This document shows positions 59,847 to 64,000 of a DNA stretch of 64,000 nucleotides, piece after piece; the first letter of the stretch is position 1; every line of letters begins with the position of its first letter. The stretch lies in assembly GCA_903908285.1 (NCBI GenBank), contig CAIVRH010000023.1, positions 25,052 to 89,051 of the forward strand. Direction: 5' to 3'. Origin of the DNA: an uncultured candidate division Zixibacteria bacterium. Its GTDB lineage: Bacteria; Zixibacteria; MSB-5A5; SM1-73. Under the pieces are notes generated by a model that was not told the DNA's origin, did no database searches, and saw nothing but the letters and a program-made list of their open reading frames with translations. A program made the translations under genes and the position numbers.

Positions 59847-62249
59847 TTACCAAATGGGATTTAAGAACAGACTGGATCTGGCGAACTTACTTCCCCAGGG
59901 TTGGGGTAGAAATCGTTGATAATCCTGCGGAGGGATACCGGATTTAAACAAATAGTTCAAAAGATAAACGACATCTGCCACGTCTACCAACCCATCGTGG
60001 TTTACATCTCCCTGATCGGCAAGGGGAAGAGGGGCAAGTCCTGACTTATACAGGTAGTTTATCAAATATACTACGTCACCCACGTCGAGTATCCGGTCTT
60101 GATTGCAATCTCCCCGATAGAGGCCAGCGTAACTAAGCATCGGTTTCCACCAGGAGGCGTTCATCAGATGCTGGGTGGTATCAACGCCAAAGATGATGAA
60201 AGACTCCAACACAGCAGAATCCGGAGATAGGGTTAACTTTCTTGGAGTCATAATTTGGCAGAAATCGGTATCGGGCGTAGAATAGTTGGTCCAACCGTAA
60301 GTGCTGACCAGATTCCACAGCTGGTCAAACCTCCATCCCTCCTGGGGCCAGATGTATACCGGATTCCTCACCCCTACGAAACTGTAACAGGCGCTGTCAT
60401 CTAAGGGAATCCTGAGCATTCCAAAACGATATTTCTTGTAAGCCGCCCGGGGATCCATCTGCCAGCCCAAGTTGTGGGTTTGGTCCATTCCGCCCAGGTT
60501 ATTGTAGGCATCGTAGATATCCCAATCCAGGCAGAGTGAAACATAGGCTTGTATGGCAGTATCGGCAAGGTTCCGGATCAAATACTGCTGAAGGATAAAT
60601 TCCCCATAAAGAGAATTTGATGATCCGACGGAATATTGACTTACTTCCACCCCCAGACCGATGGTATCGATAAATGCAGCTGCCCCGAACTGCCCGAAGG
60701 TAGTATCTTTAATGATCAAGCTTTCGAAGGGATACCAGCTGTCTTTTACATGGGTGTTAAACATGTCGAGGGCGATTGAAGTATCGCCTGGAGCCACCCA
60801 GGACAGAATCAGGGAGCCGTCAAAAAGCTCATTGATGCCATTCCATACGAAATCCTGACCGGAGGCATCTCCTATGGCACCGTAATTACTGACGGTCATA
60901 GAAACTTTATTGGAGTGGATGTTATTGTAATTATACGCACTGGCTGCACCCGGGCGAACGCCCACAGTGTAGCGTTCAGCGGTAGTTGACCAGTTCCAGT
61001 TTACCACAACCTCCACCGGAGTAGAGCTCCAGGTATCGTGCAAGCAGATATAATTGGTATCCGGAGGACCCCAGCCCATGGCACACATGCTATGATTCCC
61101 ATAAGTGGGATGAGAAATGACGTTCCAGACGGCCGGATATCCCAAGTTGAGCTCATTTATCAGATAGCTCAAGCTCTGATCGAAATCCGTATAATCGGTA
61201 AATCCATAGTTGTTTTGATAGTCGGGGTGATTGCATACGGTTCTGATCCCCGTACCGATGTTGGAGATGGAAGTCGAACCCTGGGTGGAGTCGGTATGCA
61301 TAGCCCAGGAGAGCTGCTGTTGAACGTTGGGAACATTATAATCCCATTCTCCCTCCAAAGGATCGTAGCGATTAAAGGTATAATCTATCAAAAGAGGATA
61401 CCCATTTGCATCCCAGTATCCCAACACGTCCGCAGCTGCGCTGGGAGAACAGCCATAGGACCAGTCGAAATCGGAAACGCCGGTGATGCGGAATTGAGCT
61501 TTACTATAGAAGATATTTTCCCCGTTCTCTATTTTTGCCCAATCCGCACTTGTTTTTTGCTTTTGCCCGGGGTTTGATTCAATCCGATAGGAGACGAAAA
61601 CCTCCTCGGCTGAATTTGCAGCAAAGTAAAACGGGGAAACATATGTTTTCCGGTTGCCGGAGGTGAATTCGAACCACACATCCCAAGGGGAAGCAAAGAC
61701 CACTTGAGTCAAATCTACCCGATCCGAGGAGAACTCCGCCTGGGCCACATTCGATGTTTTTTCCTTGGCTGTATAGTGCAGAGGGAGGCCATAGAAGTAT
61801 TCCACTACCGGCCCCCATTCCTTTCTGGCGGATACTACCACCGTCAGAAAATCTCCCGTCTGGGTGATCATCTGCCGGGCTGAACGGATATTCTCCGGAT
61901 CATTTTCTTTATTTCCTTGTTGGTATAGCTGCCATCCTTGAGAAACTTTTTGCAAAATTTGAGATTCGGCCGGAAAGCTGGCATCTTTCAATGAATAGAC
62001 GAACACATAGACCGCGGGTTCGGCGTCTACTCCCTGATAGGTTTGAACCGGTCCGGGAACGACTTGGCCGGATAAGCTCCGGGCAAAATCCGAAGCTGCT
62101 TTTTCAGCCAGATCGTAGGACACCAGTTCGCCGGAAAAATCGGGATGGAGAGTAACCGGGAGGGATACTTGTCGGTTGGTTGCATGAATCAATGAGCAGA
62201 ATATGAAACTTATCCCAACCAGCCCCAATAATAACAACGATTTTTTCAT
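59847..62249 (-). CDS. large secreted protein, streptopain-like (peptidase C10-like) cysteine peptidase candidate with two C-terminal dockerin-like repeats
   Basis: Signal peptide. YGCSPSAAADVLGYW resembles the C10 catalytic-Cys block (GCVATATAQIMKY) and GNHSMCAMGW the His block (GGHAFVIDG). The C-terminus has GDCNQDRILDVGDVVYLINYLYKSG...GDVNHDGLVDVADVVYLLNYLFKSGIPP. The peptidase assignment is tentative. Confidence 0.45.
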   Translation of the reverse strand: MKKSLLLLGLVGISFIFCSLIHATNRQVSLPVTLHPDFSGELVSYDLAEKAASDFARSLSGQVVPGPVQTYQGVDAEPAVYVFVYSLKDASFPAESQILQKVSQGWQLYQQGNKENDPENIRSARQMITQTGDFLTVVVSARKEWGPVVEYFYGLPLHYTAKEKTSNVAQAEFSSDRVDLTQVVFASPWDVWFEFTSGNRKTYVSPFYFAANSAEEVFVSYRIESNPGQKQKTSADWAKIENGENIFYSKAQFRITGVSDFDWSYGCSPSAAADVLGYWDANGYPLLIDYTFNRYDPLEGEWDYNVPNVQQQLSWAMHTDSTQGSTSISNIGTGIRTVCNHPDYQNNYGFTDYTDFDQSLSYLINELNLGYPAVWNVISHPTYGNHSMCAMGWGPPDTNYICLHDTWSSTPVEVVVNWNWSTTAERYTVGVRPGAASAYNYNNIHSNKVSMTVSNYGAIGDASGQDFVWNGINELFDGSLILSWVAPGDTSIALDMFNTHVKDSWYPFESLIIKDTTFGQFGAAAFIDTIGLGVEVSQYSVGSSNSLYGEFILQQYLIRNLADTAIQAYVSLCLDWDIYDAYNNLGGMDQTHNLGWQMDPRAAYKKYRFGMLRIPLDDSACYSFVGVRNPVYIWPQEGWRFDQLWNLVSTYGWTNYSTPDTDFCQIMTPRKLTLSPDSAVLESFIIFGVDTTQHLMNASWWKPMLSYAGLYRGDCNQDRILDVGDVVYLINYLYKSGLAPLPLADQGDVNHDGLVDVADVVYLLNYLFKSGIPPQDYQRFLPQPWGSKFARSSLFLNPIW

Positions 62250-63302
62250 CTTTTCTCCTTGGATAAGGGGATGACAACTGTAAACTTTTACGTTACCGCT
62301 CCCATGAAATCATCGAGTTTTTAGTTATATCGGACAATACTCCTTTCACGTTATTTTTTGTCAAGAAAAAATTCCAGCCAATATTAAGCGCACTTGAGCG
62401 ATAGTTTCAAATGGAATCGAGTCAAACACGCAAGTACGTGTTTTGGAAGCTTTGGTGAAAGTGCGATTTTCCTTCTTTCCCTATCATTCCGCCGGTAAGA
62501 CGGATCTTTCAAAATGGATATAATCCGAAGATCATGCTGTTCATAAAATAATACATTTTCTTATTTTGACAAGATCATTTTAGAAACCCATTTAAATAAT
62601 TACTAAAGCCTTTGATTCCCAACTGCTTATTCTTTAATTCTTCTTCGGTAAGTTTATCTCTTGCTTAGAACCTAACCACCTTTCGGCTGCTATACCGAAT
62701 AGCCGCCCCATCTCTTTATCCACACAAAAACAATTTTATGCGATAGCTCTGGTTTAACTATATTGTTTTCGATCATGGTTATCGTTTGAAAGTGAGCCGA
62801 TTTGGGATCAAATCTCCAGAGTAAAGAGATAATCCCTTGGCTGTCTGTATCTTATCCAGGAGAAATCTGCCACCTTTTTTAGTAAAATCCTGTTGCTAAA
62901 ATAGCAGGAATTTATATATTATATATCAGGCTGAACTTATCCTAAGAACTTCAAAAAAGGAACTTCAAGTTTTGTTCCGTTTTAAGCAGCGGAAGATTTG
63001 TAGGTCTCTTTAGTTATTTTTTCCCGGGTGCGGTAAAGTTTGGCATAAGTTCCAGCATTTTATGTTCTCTCAGCTTCCGGGATCAGTCACTGAAACCTGG
63101 CATCATCAGACAATCGGAGTTTTAAGCTTTCTTTCATCGTGATCCGGGAAGTATCTTTTAATCGGAGCGAGCCTTTTGAGTTCTAAGAATTCAAAATCCT
63201 ATCCAGCCGGTCGACAATATGAACATAACCATTATAATGTCTTCAGCGTGGATCGGGGTGGTGGATATACCAGACAACCTTCAAATCATAAGGAGTGTTT
63301 CG

Positions 63303-64000
63303 ATGATGCACCGATGTATGGTGGTTATTGCAACGGGGGTAATGGGTTTACTTCTTTGTACCGTTTTGTTAGCGAATGTTCCTAACCGGATAAATTATCA
63401 GGGTAAACTTACGACAGATGCCGGTGGATGTGTCAATGACACCGTCCAGATGATCTTTTCCATATACCCCGATACTCTGGGTTCTCCGGCCATATGGACC
63501 GAGACCCAATCACAGGTGTCGGTTAGGGAAGGGGTGTTTTCCGTTCTGTTGGGGGAGGCTGATTTCATACCGGCTTTTGTGTTTGACGGGAGCACCAGAT
63601 ACCTGGGCATTCGAGTTGAATCCGACCCGGAAATGAGACCTTTAAAACCCATGGTCAGCGTGGGATATGCATTCCATTCAACCACTGCAGATACGGCGTT
63701 TAATATAACTTCAAACGGGCTGACAGGTATTGACAGCGTATTCAATCCGGGGGGCAATGTGGATCTGATTCCCGGCAACGCTATTACAGTTACTCCGGAT
63801 GACAGTGGTAACTCCATTACCATCGGAGAGACTCATTCGGAGAGAACGGACAATCCGCATAAGGTAACGGCATCGCAAACCGGCGCCCTGGTGAGTGTGG
63901 AAGGGATTAACCATCCGGGTGGAGATATCGATTTAGTGGAGGGTGCCAATATGACCATTACCCGCGATACTTCCGCAAAAACCATAACTTTCACCGCTGC
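63303..64000 (+). CDS. 5' part of a large secreted repeat protein (continues beyond the window)
   Basis: Open frame from ATG 63303 to the window end, absent from the track because it has no stop. N-terminal TM/signal (MVVIATGVMGLLLCTVLLA), conserved INYQGKLTDAGG...W.E...V.V..GVFSVLLGE N-terminal module common in FCB-group giant proteins, then ~30-aa repeats (...GGNVDLIPGNAITVTPD..., ...GGDIDLVEGANMTITRD...). Confidence 0.55.
   Translation, partial: MMHRCMVVIATGVMGLLLCTVLLANVPNRINYQGKLTTDAGGCVNDTVQMIFSIYPDTLGSPAIWTETQSQVSVREGVFSVLLGEADFIPAFVFDGSTRYLGIRVESDPEMRPLKPMVSVGYAFHSTTADTAFNITSNGLTGIDSVFNPGGNVDLIPGNAITVTPDDSGNSITIGETHSERTDNPHKVTASQTGALVSVEGINHPGGDIDLVEGANMTITRDTSAKTITFTA

Noticed and set aside
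63398-63823. 141-aa minus-strand ORF at the window end
   Set aside because: It overlaps the open + strand frame, which has a signal peptide, a conserved N-terminal module and internal repeats. The + strand gene is far more convincing.

Overview
This 64-kb window comes from a Gram-negative, FCB-group-like bacterium. I infer that from the Kdo/lipid A genes (kdsA, kdsB, kdsC, kdsD, lpxL-like), DUF5683 and DUF1573 proteins, and many secreted proteins carrying dockerin-type-I-like repeats (D-x-N-x-D-G-x-V-x-I-G-D-V-V-Y-L-I-N-Y-L-F-K-x-G-P). The core content is housekeeping: a split pyrimidine cluster (pyrK-pyrD on +, pyrC-pyrB-pyrR on -, with two tandem dockerin-protein paralogs between), pyrG, rpsA, ispH, cmk, plsC, pgm/pmm, a DPP-III peptidase and a DUF885 protein. 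The accessory content is as follows. (1) A minus-strand operon at 18.4-22.6 kb carries a ~270-aa protein whose N-terminus resembles the gasdermin pore-forming-domain motif, followed by a cytoplasmic clostripain-like (C11, caspase-fold) cysteine protease and three unknown genes, inserted between pyrR and an ABC ATPase. I read this as a candidate bacterial gasdermin-protease cell-suicide (anti-phage) module, and it is the most interesting feature in the window. (2) A selenium island: tRNA-Sec (anticodon UCA, 6-bp D-stem), a hicB-hicA toxin-antitoxin pair in which hicA is frameshifted in an A7 run, a selD with an in-frame UGA (Sec) and a downstream hairpin that the ORF track truncated, and selA. 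(3) A type I restriction-modification operon (hsdR-hsdM-hsdS) followed by a methyltransferase C-terminal remnant and a ~1-kb hairpin-rich non-coding tract. (4) A REP-associated tyrosine transposase (IS200-like TnpA/RAYT) embedded in arrays of four REP-type palindromes, with another REP copy at 48.4 kb. (5) tRNA-Tyr, then three tandem 79-bp tRNA-Gly-derived pseudo-tRNA repeats, then tRNA-Gly(UCC), then a truncated tyrosine integrase, cargo, and a distal partial tRNA-Gly repeat, which together look like a decayed integrative element. Several microsatellite-like and octamer repeats sit in intergenic DNA. No CRISPR array, rRNA or intact prophage is visible.
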